Source: Mobula hypostoma (taxonomy: Eukaryota). Taken from it: 64,000 nt of DNA. Below the pieces are notes generated by a model. That model saw nothing but the letters and a program-made list of their open reading frames with translations. It was not told where the DNA came from and ran no database searches. How positions within the stretch are numbered: position 1 is the first letter of the stretch; every line of letters begins with the position of its first letter. Below, piece by piece: positions 49,101 through 64,000 of this stretch. The position numbers and the translations under genes were made by a program. The stretch spans positions 108,316,001 through 108,380,000 of the forward strand of contig NC_086107.1 in the NCBI RefSeq assembly GCF_963921235.1. Direction: 5' to 3'.

Positions 49101-52100
49101 ACTGTACCCCAACATATCCTATCCTCTCTCACACAGTACCCCAACACATCCGACCCTCTCTCAAACTGCACCCAAACACATCCCAGCCTCTCCCACACTG
49201 TACCCCAACACGTCCCATCTTCTGCCACACTGTACCCCAACACATCCTACCTTCTCTCACACTGTAGCCCAATACATCCTGTCCTCTCTCAGAGTGTACC
49301 CCAACACATCACACCCTCGCTCACACTATAACCCAACACATCACACCCTCTCACACACTGGACCACAACACACCCCACCCTCCGTCACACTGTACCCCAA
49401 CACATCCCATCCTCTCTCACGCAGTACCCCAACACATCCAACCTGTCTCAAACTGTACCCCAACACATCCCACTCTCTCTCACACTCTACGACAACACAT
49501 CCCACCTTCTCCCAAAAAGTACCCCAATACATCCCACCCTCTGTCACACGGTGCCCCAATACATCCCAACCTCTCCCACACTGTACACCAACATATCGGA
49601 CCCTCTCTCACACTGTACCCCAACACATCCCAACCTCTCCCACACTGTACCCCAACACATCCGACCCTCTCCAACACTATTCCCCAACACATCCCACCCT
49701 CCCTGACACGGTACCCCAATACATCCTACCATCTCCACTCAATAACCCATTACATCCCACCCTGTCCCACACAGTACCCCAACACATCCCACCCTCTCCC
49801 ACACAGTACCCCAACACATCCGACCATCTCTCACACTGTACCCCAACACATCGCACACTCTCTCACACAGTACACCAACACGTCCCACCCTTTGCTATAC
49901 TGTACCCCAACACATCCCACCCTCTCCCACACTGTACCCCAACACATCCCACCCTCTCCCACACTGTACACCAACACATCCCAACCACTCCCACACTGTG
50001 CCCCAACAAAACCCACCCTCTCTCAAACTGTACCCCAACACATCCTACCTTCTCCAACACTGTACCCCAACGTGTCACACCCTCTCTCCCACAGTACCCC
50101 AAAAGATGCCACCGACTCCAACAATATACCCCAACACATCCCACCCTCTCTCACACTGTACCCCAACACATCCCACCCTCTCCAACACTGTACACGAACA
50201 CATCCCAACCACTCTCACACTGTACCCCAACAAATCCCACCTTCTCTCAAACTGTACCCCAACACATCTCACCCTCTCTCACACAGTACCCCAATACATC
50301 CTACCCTCTTCACTCAATAACCCATTACATCCCACCCTCTCCCACACAGTACCCCAACACATCCTACCCTCTCCACTCAATAACCCATTACATCCCACCC
50401 TCTCCCACACAGTACCCCAACACATCCCACCCTCTCCCACACAGTACCCCAACACATCCCACCCTCTCCAACACTGTACACCAACACATCCGACCCTCTC
50501 TCACACTCTACGACAACACATCCCAGCTTCTCCCAAAAAGTTCCCCAATACATCCCTACCACAGTCACACAGTACCCCAATACATCCCACCTTCAGTCAC
50601 AATGTACCAAAACACATCCTACCCTCTCACACTGTACCCCAACACATCACACTCTCTCTCACACTGTACCCCAACACATCCCACCCTCTCCCACACTGTA
50701 CACCAACACATCCCAACCTCTCCCACACTGTACACCAACATATCGGACCCTCTCTCACACTGCACCCCAACACATCCCATCCTCTCCCACACTGTACCCC
50801 AAAACATCCGACCCTCTCCAACACTATTCCCTAACACATCCCACCCTCCCCCACACGGTACCCCAATACATCCCACCCTCTCCCACACAGTACCCCAACA
50901 CATCCCACCCTCTCCACACAGTACCCCAACACATCCGACCATCTCTCATACTGTACCCCAACACATCGCACTCTCTCTCACACATTACACCAACACGTCC
51001 CACCCTCTGCTATACTGTACCCCAACACATCCCACCCTCTCCCACACTGTACACCAACACATCCCACCGTCTCCAACACTGTGCCCCAACAAAACCCACC
51101 CTCTCTCAATCTTAACCCCAACACATCCTACCTTCTCCAACACTGTACCCCAACATGTCACACCCTCTCTCCCACAGTACCCCAACACATCCCACCGTCT
51201 CCAACACAGTACCCCAACACATCCCACCATCTCCAACACTATTCCCCAACACATCCCAACATCTCCCACACTCTACTTCAACACATCCCACCCTCTTCCA
51301 CACTGTAGCCCAACACATCCCACCCTCTCTCACACTCTACGACAACACATCCCACCTTCTCCCAAAAAGTACCCCAATACATCCCACCCTCTATCACACA
51401 GTGCCCCAATACATCCTACGCTCTTTCACACAGTACCCCAACACATCCTGTCCTCACCCACACATTACCCCAACATATCCCACCCCCTCCCTCACAGTAC
51501 CACAATACATCCCTACCACTGTCACACAGTACCCCAATACATCCCACCTTCTGTCACACTGTACCAAAACACATCCCACCCTCTCCCACACTGTACACCA
51601 ACACATCCCAACTTCTCCCATACTGTACCCCAACATATCGGACCCTCTCTAAAACTGTACCCCATCACATCGCAACCTCTCCCACATAGTACCCCAACAC
51701 ATCCTACCTTATCTCACTCTGTACCCCAACACATGCCACCCTCTCTCACACTCTACAACACATCCCACCATCTCCCAAAAAGTTCCTCAATACATCCCTA
51801 CCACAGTCACACAGTACCCCAATACATCCCACCTTCAGTCACACTGTACCAAAACACATCCTACCTTCTCACACTGTACCCCAACATATCACACCCTCTC
51901 CCACACTGTACACCAACATATCGGACCCTCTCTCACACTGTACCCCAAAACATCCCACTCCCTCCCTCACAGTACCACAATACATCCCTACCACTGTCAC
52001 ACAGTACCCTAATACATCCCACCTTCTGTCACACTGTACCAAAACACATCCTACCCTCTCCCACACTATACCCCAACACATCCCAGCCTCTCCCACACTG

Positions 52101-55100
52101 AACACCAACACATCCCAAACTCTCCCACACTGTACCCCAACATATCGGACCCTCTCTAAAACTGTACCCCAACACATCGCAACCTCTCCCACACTGTACC
52201 CCAACACATCCTACTTTCTCTCACTCTGTACCCCAACACATGCCACCCTCTCTCACACTCTACGACAACACATCCCACCTTCTCCCAAAAAGTTCCCCAA
52301 TACATCCCTACCACTGTCACACAGTACCCCAATACATCCCTCCTTCAGTCACACTGTACCAAAACACATCCTACCCTCTCACACTGTACCCCAACACATC
52401 CCACCCTCTCCCACACTGTACACCAACACATCCCACCCTCTCCCACACTGTACACCAACATATCGGACCCTCTCTCACACTGTACCCCAACACATCCGAC
52501 CCTCTTCAACACTATTTCCCAGCACATCCCACCCTCCCCCACACAGTACCCCAATACATCCGACCCTCTCCACTCAATAACCATTACATCCCACCCTCTC
52601 CCACACAGTACCCCAAAACATCCCACCCTCTCCCACACAGTACCCCAACACATCCGACCATCTCTCACACTGTACCCCAACACATCCCACCCTCTCTCCC
52701 ACAGTACCCCAAACGATCCCACCGACTCCAACAATATACCCCAACACATCCCACCCTCTCTCACACTGTACCCCAACACATCCCACCCTCTCCAACACTG
52801 TACGCGAACACATCCCAACCACTCCCACACCGTACCCCAAAAAATCCCACCCTCTCTCAAACTGTACCCCCAATACATCTCACCCTCTCTCAGACAGTAC
52901 CCCAACACATACCACCGTCTCCAACACAGTACCCCAACACATCTCACCATCTCCAACACTATTCCCCAACACATACCACCCTCCCCCACACAGTACCCCA
53001 ATACATCCTACCCTCTCCACTCAATAACCCATTACATCCCACCCTCTCCCACACTTTACCCCAACACATCCCACCCTCTCCCACACAGTACCCCAACACA
53101 TCCCACCCTCTCCAACACTGGACCCCAACACATTCGACCATCTCACACACTGTACCCCAACAAATCCCACCCTCTCCAACACTGTACACGAACACATCCC
53201 AACCACTCCCACACTGTACACCAACACATCTCACCCTCTCCCACACTGTACCCCAACACATCTCACCCTCTCTCACACAGTACCCCAACACATCCCACCG
53301 TCTCCAACACAGTACCCCAACACATCCCACCCTCTCTCACACTGTACCCCAACACATCCCACCCTCTCTCACACTGTACCCCAACACATCCCACCTTCTC
53401 CAACACTGTACCCCAACATATCCTATCCTCTCTCACACTGTACCCCAACACATGCCACCCTCTCTCACACTCTACGACAACACATCCCACCTTCTCCCAA
53501 AAAGTTCCCCAATACATCCCTACCACAGTCACACAGTACCCCAATACATCCCACCTTCAGTCACAATGTACCAAAACACATCCTACCCTCTCACACTGTA
53601 CCCCAACACATCCCACCCTCTCTCACACTGTACCCCAACACATCCCACCCTTCCCACACTGTACACCAACACATCCCAACCTCTCCCACACTGTACCCCA
53701 ACACATCCCACCCTCCCCAACACAGTACCCCAATATATCCCACACTCTCCACTCAATAACCCATTACATCCCACCCTCTCCCACACAGTACCCCAACACA
53801 TCCCACCCTCTCCCACACAGTACCCCAACATATCCCACCATCTCTCACACTGTACCCCAACACATCCCAACCTCTCCCACACTGTAGCCCAACACATGCC
53901 ACCCTCTCTCACACTCTACGACAACACATCCCACCTTCTCCCAAAAAGTACCCCAATACATCCTACCCTCTGTCACACAGTGCCCCAATACATCCCACCT
54001 TCAGTCACACTGCACCAAAACACATCCTACCTTCTCACACTGTACCCCAACACATGCCACCCTCTCTCACACTCTACGACAACACATCCCACCTTCTCCC
54101 AAAAAGTTCCCCAATACATCCCTACCACAGTCACACAGTACCCCAATACATCCCACCTTCAGTCACACTGTACCAAAACACATCCTACCCTCTTACACTG
54201 TACCCCAACACATCACACCCTCTCTCACACTGTACACCAACATATCGGACCCTCTCTCACACTGTACACCAACACATCCCAACCACTCCCACACCGTACC
54301 CCAAAAAATCCCACCCTCTCTCAAACTGTACCCCCAACACATCTCACCCTCTCTCACACAGTACCCCAAGACATACCACCGTCTCCAACACAGTACCCCA
54401 ACACATCTCACCATCTCCAACACTATTCCCCAACACATACCACCCGCCCCCACACAGTACCCCAATACATCCTACCCTCTCCACTCAATAACCCATTACA
54501 TCCCACCCTCTCCCACACAGTACCCCAACACATCCCACCCTCTCCCACACAGTACCCCAACACATCCCACCCTCTCCAACACTGGACCCCAACACATTCG
54601 ACCATATCTCACACTGTACCCCAACAAATCCCACCCTCTCCAACACTGTACACGAACACATCCCAACCACTCCCACACTGTACACCAACACATCTCACCC
54701 TCTCCCACACTGTACCCCAACACATCTCACCGTCTCCAACACAGTACCCCAACACATCCCACCCTCTCTCACACTGTACCCCAACACATCCCACCCTCTC
54801 TCACACTGTACCCCAACACATCCCACCTTCTCCAACACTGTACCCCAACATATCCTATCCTCTCTCACACAGTACCCCAACACATCCGACCCTCTCTCAC
54901 ACTCTACGACAACACATCTCACCTTCTCCCAAAAAGTTCCCCAATACATCCCTACCACAGTCACACAGTACCCCAATACATTCCACCTTCAGTCACACTG
55001 TACCAAAACACATCCTACCCTCTCACACTGTACCCCAACACATCACACCCTCTCTCACACTGTACCCCAACACATCCCACCCTTCCCACACTGTACACCA

Positions 55101-58100
55101 ACACATCCCAACCTCTCCCACACTGTACCCCAACACATCCGACCCTCTCCAACACTATTCCCCAACACATCCCACCCTCCCCCACACAGTACCCCAATAC
55201 ATCCTACCCTCTCCACTCAATAACCCATTACATCCCACCCTCTCCCACACAGTACCCCAACACATCCCACCCTCTCCCACACAGTACCCCAACACATCCC
55301 ACCCTCTCCAACACTGTACACCAACACATCCGACCCTCTCTCACACTCTACGACAACACATCCCAGCTTCTCCCAAAAAGTTCCCCAATACATCCCTACC
55401 ACAGTCACACAGTACCCCAATACATCCCACCTTCAGTCACAATGTACCAAAACACATCCTACCCTCTCACACTGTACCCCAACACATCACACTCTCTCTC
55501 ACACTGTACCCCAACACATCCCACCCTCTCCCACACTGTACACCAACACATCCCAACCTCTCCCACACTGTACACCAACATATCGGACCCTCTCTCACAC
55601 TGCACCCCAACACATCCCATCCTCTCCCACACTGTACCCCAAAACATCCGACCCTCTCCAACACTATTCCCTAACACATCCCACCCTCCCCCACACGGTA
55701 CCCCAATACATCCCACCCTCTCCCACACAGTACCCCAACACATCCCACCCTCTCCACACAGTACCCTAACACATCCGACCATCTCTCATACTGTACCCCA
55801 ACACATCGCACTCTCTCTCACACATTACACCAACACGTCCCACCCTCTGCTATACTGTACCCCAACACATCCCACCCTCTCCCACACTGTACACCAACAC
55901 ATCCCACCGTCTCCAACACTGTGCCCCAACAAAACCCACCCTCTCTCAATCTTAACCCCAACACATCCTACCTTCTCCAACACTGTACCCCAACATGTCA
56001 CACCCTCTCTCCCACAGTACCCCAACACATCCCACCGTCTCCAACACAGTACCCCAACACATCCCACCATCTCCAACACTATTCCCCAACACATCCCACC
56101 CTCCCCCACACAGTACCCCAACACATCCCACCCTCTCCCACACAGTACGCCAACACATCCCACCCTCTCCCACACAGTACGCCAACACATCCCACCCACT
56201 CTCACACTGTACCCCAACACATCCCACCTTCTCCAACACTGTACCCCAACATATCCTATCCTCTCTCATAGAGTAACCCAACACATCCGACCCTCTCTCA
56301 AACTGCACCCAAACACATCCCAGCCTCTCCCACACTGTACCCCAACACGTCCCACCCTCTGCCACACTGTACCCCAACACATCACACCCTCTCTCACACT
56401 GTACCCCAACACATCCCACCCTCTCCCACACTGTACACCAACACATCCCAACCTCTCCCACACTGTACACCAATGTATCGGACCCTCTCTCACACTGTAC
56501 CCCAACACATCCCAACCTCTCCCACACTGTACCCCAACACATCCGACCCTCACCAACACTATTCCCCAACACATCCCACCCTCCCCCACACAGTACCCCA
56601 ATACATCCTACCCTCTCCACTCAATAACCCATTACATCCCAACCTCTCCCACACAGTACCCCAACACATCCCACCCTCTCCCACACAGTACCCCAACACA
56701 TCCCACCCTCTCCAACACTGTAGCCCAACACATCCGACCATCTCTCACACTGTACCCCAACACATCCCACACTCTATCACACATTACCGTAACACATCCC
56801 AACATCTCCCACACTCTACTTCAACACATCCCACCCTCTTCCACACTGTACCCCAACATATCCCACCATCTCTCACACTGTACCCCAACACATCCCAACC
56901 TCTCCCACACTGTAGCCCAACACATCCCACCCTCTCTCACACTGTACACCAACACATCCCACCCTCTCTCACACTCTACAACACATCCCACCTTCTCCCA
57001 AAAAGCACCCCAATACATCCCACCCTCTATCACACAGTGCCCCAATACATCCTACGCTGTTTCACACAGTACCCCAACAAATCCTGTCCTCACCCACACT
57101 TTACCCCAACACATCCTACCCTCTCCCACACTGTACGCCTACACATCCCACCCTCTCCCACACTGTACACCAACACATCCCAACCTCTCCCATACTGTAC
57201 CCCAACATATCAGACCCTCTCTAAAACTGTACCCCAACACATCGCAACCTCTCCCACTCTGTACCCCAACTCATCCTACCTTCTCTCACTCTGTACCCCA
57301 ACACATGCTACCCTCTCTCACACTCTACGACAACACATCCCACCTTCTCCCAAAAAGTTCCCCAATACATCCCTACCACAGTCACACAGTACCCCAATAC
57401 ATTCCACCTTCAGTCACACTGTACCAAAACACATCCTACCTTCTCACACTGTACCCCAACACATCACACCCTCTCTCACACTGTACCCCAACACATCCCA
57501 CCCTCTCCCACACTGTACCCCAACATATCGGACCCTCTCTCACACTGTACCCCAACACATCCGACCCTCTGCAACACTATTTCCCAGCACATCCCACCCT
57601 CCCCCACACAGTACCCCAACACATCCCACCCTCTCCCACACAGTACCCCAACACATCCGACCATCTCACACACTGTACCCCAACAAATCCCACCCTCTCT
57701 CAAACTGTACCCCAACACATCTCACCCTCTCTCACACAGTACCCCAACACATCCCACCGTCTCCAACACAGTACCCCAACACATTCGACCCTCTCCAACA
57801 CAGTACCCCAACACATCCCACCCTCTTTCACACTGTACCCCAACACATCCCACCTTCTCCAACACTGTACCCCAACATATCCTATCCTCTCTCACAGAGT
57901 AACCCAACACATCCGACCATCTCTCAAACTGCACCCAAACACATCCCAGCCTCTCCCACACTGTACCCCAACACGTCCCACCCTCTGCCACACTGTACCC
58001 CAACACATCCTACCTTCTCTCACACAGTACCCCAATACATCCCACCAGCTGTCACACTGTACCCCAACACATCCCGCCATCTGTGACACTGTACCCCAAC

Positions 58101-61100
58101 ACATCCTACCTTCTCTCACACTGTACCCCAACACATGCCACCCTCTCTCACACTCTACGACAACGCATCCCACCTTCTCCCAAAAAGTTCCCCAATACAT
58201 CCCTACCACAGTCACACAGTAACCCAATACATCCCACCTTCAGTCACACTGTACGAAAACACATCCTACCTTCTCACACTGTACCCCAACACATCACACC
58301 CTCTCTCACACTGTACCCCAACACATCCCACCCTCTCCCACACTGTACACCAACACATCCCAACCTCTCCCACACTGTACACCAACACATCCCACCCTCT
58401 CCAACACTATTCCCCAACACATCCCACCCTCCCCGACATGGTACCCCAATACATCCTACCCTCTCCACTCAATAACCCAACACATCCCACCCTTTCCCAC
58501 ACAGTACCCCAACACATCCCACCCTCTCCAACACTGTACCCCAACACATCCGACCATCTCTCACACTGTACCCCAACACATTCCACACTCTATCACACAT
58601 TACCGCAACACATCCCAACATCTCCCACACTCTACTTCAACACATCCCACCCTCTTCCACACTGTAGCCCAACACATCCCACCCTCTCTCACACTCTACG
58701 ACAACACATCCCACCTTCTCCCAAAAAGTACCCCAATACATCCCACCCTCTATCACACAGTGCCCCAATACATCCTACGCTCTTTCACACAGTACCCCAA
58801 CACATCCTGTCCTCACCCACACATTACCCCAACATATCCCACCCCCTCCCTCACAGTACCACAATACATCCCTACCACTGTCACACAGTACCCCAATACA
58901 TCCCACCTTCTGTCACACTGTACCAAAACACATCCCACCCTCTCCCACACTGTACACCAACACATCCCAACTTCTCCCATACTGTACCCCAACATATCGG
59001 ACCCTCTCTAAAACTGTACCCCATCACATCGCAACCTCTCCCACATAGTACCCCAACACATCCTACCTTATCTCACTCTGTACCCCAACACATGCCACCC
59101 TCTCTCACACTCTACAACACATCCCACCATCTCCCAAAAAGTTCCTCAATACATCCCTACCACAGTCACACAGTACCCCAATACATCCCACCTTCAGTCA
59201 CACTGTACCAAAACACATCCTACCTTCTCACACTGTACCCCAACATATCACACCCTCTCCCACACTGTACACCAACATATCGGACCCTCTCTCACACTGT
59301 ACCCCAACACATCCCACTCCCTCCCTCACAGTACCACAATACATCCCTACCACTGTCACACAGTACCCTAATACATCCCACCTTCTGTCACACTGTACCA
59401 AAACACATCCTACCCTCTCCCACACTATACCCCAACACATCCCAGCCTCTCCCACACTGAACACCAACACATCCCAAACTCTCCCACACTGTACCCCAAC
59501 ATATCGGACCCTCTCTAAAACTGTACCCCAACACATCGCAACCTCTCCCACACTGTACCCCAACACATCCTACTTTCTCTCACTCTGTACCCCAACACAT
59601 GCCACCCTCTCTCACACTCTACGACAACACATCCCACCTTCTCCCAAAAAGTTCCCCAATACATCCCTACCACTGTCACACAGTACCCCAATACATCCCT
59701 CCTTCAGTCACACTGTACCAAAACACATCCTACCCTCTCACACTGTACCCCAACACATCCCACCCTCTCCCACACTGTACACCAACACATCCCACCCTCT
59801 CCCACACTGTACACCAACATATCGGACCCTCTCTCACACTGTACCCCAACACATCCGACCCTCTTCAACACTATTTCCCAGCACATCCCACCCTCCCCCA
59901 CACAGTACCCCAATACATCCGACCCTCTCCACTCAATAACCATTACATCCCACCCTCTCCCACACAGTACCCCAAAACATCCCACCCTCTCCCACACAGT
60001 ACCCCAACACATCCGACCATCTCTCACACTGTACCCCAACACATCCCACCCTCTCTCCTACAGTACCCCAAACGATCCCACCGACTCCAACAATATACCC
60101 CAACACATCCCACCCTCTCTCACACTGTACCCCAACACATCCCACCCTCTCCAACACTGTACGCGAACACATCCCAACCACTCCCACACCGTACCCCAAA
60201 AAATCCCACCCTCTCTCAAACTGTACCCCCAATACATCTCACCCTCTCTCAGACAGTACCCCAACACATACCACCGTCTCCAACACAGTACCCCAACACA
60301 TCTCACCATCTCCAACACTATTCCCCAACACATACCACCCTCCCCCACACAGTACCCCAATACATCCTACCCTCTCCACTCAATAACCCATTACATCCCA
60401 CCCTCTCCCACACAGTACCCCAACACATCCCACCCTCTCCCACACAGTACCCCAACACATCCCACCCTCTCCAACACTGGACCCCAACACATTCGACCAT
60501 CTCACACACTGTACCCCAACAAATCCCACCCTCTCCAACACTGTACACGAACACATCCCAACCACTCCCACACTGTACACCAACACATCTCACCCTCTCC
60601 CACACTGTACCCCAACACATCTCACCCTCTCTCACACAGTACCCCAACACATCCCACCGTCTCCAACACAGTACCCCAACACATCCCACCCTCTCTCACA
60701 CTGTACCCCAACACATCCCACCCTCTCTCACACTGTACCCCAACACATCCCACCTTCTCCAACACTGTACCCCAACATATCCTATCCTCTCTCACACTGT
60801 ACCCCAACACATGCCACCCTCTCTCACACTCTACGACAACACATCCCACCTTCTCCCAAAAAGTTCCCCAATACATCCCTACCACAGTCACACAGTACCC
60901 CAATACATCCCACCTTCAGTCACAATGTACCAAAACACATCCTACCCTCTCACACTGTACCCCAACACATCCCACCCTCTCTCACACTGTACCCCAACAC
61001 ATCCCACCCTTCCCACACTGTACACCAACACATCCCAACCTCTCCCACACTGTACCCCAACACATCCCACCCTCCCCAACACAGTACCCCAATATATCCC

Positions 61101-64000
61101 ACACTCTCCACTCAATAACCCATTACATCCCACCCTCTCCCACACAGTACCCCAACACATCCCACCCTCTCCCACACAGTACCCCAACATATCCCACCAT
61201 CTCTCACACTGTACCCCAACACATCCCAACCTCTCCCACACTGTAGCCCAACACATGCCACCCTCTCTCACACTCTACGACAACACATCCCACCTTCTCC
61301 CAAAAAGTACCCCAATACATCCTACCCTCTGTCACACAGTGCCCCAATACATCCCACCTTCAGTCACACTGCACCAAAACACATCCTACCTTCTCACACT
61401 GTACCCCAACACATGCCACCCTCTCTCACACTCTACGACAACACATCCCACCTTCTCCCAAAAAGTTCCCCAATACATCCCTACCACAGTCACACAGTAC
61501 CCCAATACATCCCACCTTCAGTCACACTGTACCAAAACACATCCTACCCTCTTACACTGTACCCCAACACATCACACCCTCTCTCACACTGTACACCAAC
61601 ATATCGGACCCTCTCTCACACTGTACACCAACACATCCCAACCACTCCCACACCGTACCCCAAAAAATCCCACCCTCTCTCAAACTGTACCCCCAACACA
61701 TCTCACCCTCTCTCACACAGTACCCCAAGACATACCACCGTCTCCAACACAGTACCCCAACACATCTCACCATCTCCAACACTATTCCCCAACACATACC
61801 ACCCGCCCCCACACAGTACCCCAATACATCCTACCCTCTCCACTCAATAACCCATTACATCCCACCCTCTCCCACACAGTACCCCAACACATCCCACCCT
61901 CTCCCACACAGTACCCCAACACATCCCACCCTCTCCAACACTGGACCCCAACACATTCGACCATATCTCACACTGTACCCCAACAAATCCCACCCTCTCC
62001 AACACTGTACACGAACACATCCCAACCACTCCCACACTGTACACCAACACATCTCACCCTCTCCCACACTGTACCCCAACACATCTCACCGTCTCCAACA
62101 CAGTACCCCAACACATCCCACCCTCTCTCACACTGTACCCCAACACATCCCACCCTCTCTCACACTGTACCCCAACACATCCCACCTTCTCCAACACTGT
62201 ACCCCAACATATCCTATCCTCTCTCACACAGTACCCCAACACATCCGACCCTCTCTCACACTCTACGACAACACATCTCACCTTCTCCCAAAAAGTTCCC
62301 CAATACATCCCTACCACAGTCACACAGTACCCCAATACATTCCACCTTCAGTCACACTGTACCAAAACACATCCTACCCTCTCACACTGTACCCCAACAC
62401 ATCACACCCTCTCTCACACTGTACCCCAACACATCCCACCCTTCCCACACTGTACACCAACACATCCCAACCTCTCCCACACTGTACCCCAACACATCCG
62501 ACCCTCTCCAACACTATTCCCCAACACATCCCACCCTCCCCCACACAGTACCCCAATACATCCTACCCTCTCCACTCAATAACCCATTACATCCCACCCT
62601 CTCCCACACAGTACCCCAACACATCCCACCCTCTCCCACACAGTACCCCAACACATCCCACCCTCTCCAACACTGTACACCAACACATCCGACCCTCTCC
62701 AACACTATTTCCCAGCACATCCCACCCTCCCCCACACAGTACCCCAATACATCCCACCCTTTCCACTCAATAACCCATTACATCCCACCCTCCCCCACAC
62801 AGTACCCCAACATATCCCACCCTCTCCCATACAGTACCCCAACACATCCGACCATCTCTCACACTGTAGCCCAACACATCCCACCATCTCCCATGCAGAA
62901 CCCTAATTCATCCCCCCCTCTCCCACTCTGTATCCCAGCACATACAACCCTCTCCCACACTGTACCCCAACACATTCCACCCTCCGTCACACTGTAGCCC
63001 AACACATCCCACCCTCTCTCAAACTGTACCCCAATACATCTCACCCTCTCCCACACTGTACCCCAACACATCCTACCTTCTCTCACACTGTACCCCAACA
63101 CATGCCACCCTCTCTCACACTCTACGACAACACATCCCACCTTCTCCCAAAAAGTTCCCCAATACATCCCTACCACAGTCACACAGTACCCCAATACATC
63201 CCACCTTCAGTCACACTGTACCAAAACACATCCTACCCTCTCACACTGTACCCCAACACATCACACCCTCTCTCACACTGTACCCCAACACATCCCACCC
63301 TCTCCCACACTGTACACCAACACATCCCAACCTCTCCCACACTGTACATCAACATATCGGACCCTCTCTCTCACTGTACCCCAACACATCCCAACCTCTC
63401 CCACACTGTACCCCAACACATCCGACCCTCTCCAACACTATTCCCCAACACATCCCACCCTCCCCCACACAGTACCCCAATACATCCTACCCTCTCCACT
63501 CAATAACCCATTACATCCCACCCTCTCCCACACAGTACCCCAACACATCCCACCCTCTCCCACACAGTACCCCAACACATCCCACCCTCTCCAACACTGT
63601 ACCCCAACACATCCGACCATCTCTCACACTGTACCCCAACACATCCCACACTCTATCACACATTACCGCAACATATCCCAACATCTCCCACACTGTACCC
63701 CAACATATCCCACCATCTCTCACACAGTACCCCAACGCATCCCACCCTGTCTCTAACTGTACCCCAACACATCTCACCCTCTCTCACACTCTACGACAAC
63801 ACATCCCACCTTCTCCCAAAAAGTACCCCAATACATCCTACCCTCTGTCACACAGTGCCCCAATACATCCCACCTTCAGTCACACTGCACCAAAACACAT
63901 CCTACCTTCTCACACTGTACCCCAACACATCCCACCCTCTCTCAAACCGTACACCAACACATCCCACCCTCTCTCATACAGTACCCCAACACATTCCACC
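19198..64000. repeat. Giant 32-bp tandem repeat array, consensus CCACACTGTACCCCAACACATCCCACCCTCTC; runs off the window end
   Basis: Unit read directly; degenerate at 19.2-19.6 kb and regular afterwards. About 1,400 units by length/32. Internal duplications with offsets of 928, 1329, 1044, 4840 and 7359 bp. Confidence 0.97.

Larger units (their letters stand above)
11655..64000 (-). other. CACNA1I: 3' part of a very large upstream intron (>=52 kb)
   Basis: The expected preceding S3-S4 exon (RTVRVLRPL-type motif) was not found by eye in 11655-19200, and the rest of the window is satellite. Confidence 0.75.

Noticed and set aside
19504..62997. Very long plus-strand ORFs (800-1350 aa) rich in P/H/T/S, resembling mucin or extensin
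   Set aside because: The 32-bp unit lacks stop codons in all three plus frames, so overlapping ORFs with the same 32-aa period appear in every frame. There is no signal peptide or unique domain, and they are antisense to the channel intron.
19198..64000. CRISPR-like array (32-bp periodicity)
   Set aside because: Head-to-tail repeats with no unique spacers, no cas genes, and a eukaryotic context.
19198..64000. CACAGTA/CACTGTA/CACAGTG resembling V(D)J RSS heptamers
   Set aside because: No ACAAAAACC-like nonamer at 12/23 spacing in the consensus, and no V/D/J segments seen.
12850..64000. Telomeric or centromeric identity of the array
   Set aside because: No (TTAGGG)n tract, and nothing in the sequence alone supports centromere function.

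Overview
This is vertebrate genomic DNA. The repeat content (CR1, Rex1/Babar, V-SINE-like, Neptune-type Penelope) suggests a cartilaginous fish, but that is inference. The whole window appears to lie inside a minus-strand T-type calcium channel gene most similar to CACNA1I (Cav3.3). Two phase-compatible coding exons are visible, 11495-11654 and 1700-2015, encoding domain I S5 and the extracellular S5-pore loop. Positions 1-12.8 kb are intronic and packed with partly nested retroelement fragments. From ~12.85 kb the upstream intron (>=52 kb, no further exon found) is a C/A-rich tandem repeat: 23-bp units first, then a ~30-bp transition zone, then ~45 kb of 32-bp units with kb-scale internal duplications. 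Its pre-mRNA strand carries a canonical G-quadruplex motif in many units. Two things interrupt the array. One is a ~0.8-kb unique island. The other is a young 2.4-kb Penelope-like (Neptune-type) insertion arranged as a ~1-kb inverted repeat, with a target-site duplication and an intact minimal hammerhead-ribozyme core in each arm. Older short elements with decayed copies of the same hammerhead and terminus lie nearby. The very long P/H/T-rich ORFs are satellite artefacts. I cannot show that anything here is a previously undescribed system. The strongest leads are the hammerhead-bearing palindromic Penelope family and the giant G4-motif intronic satellite.
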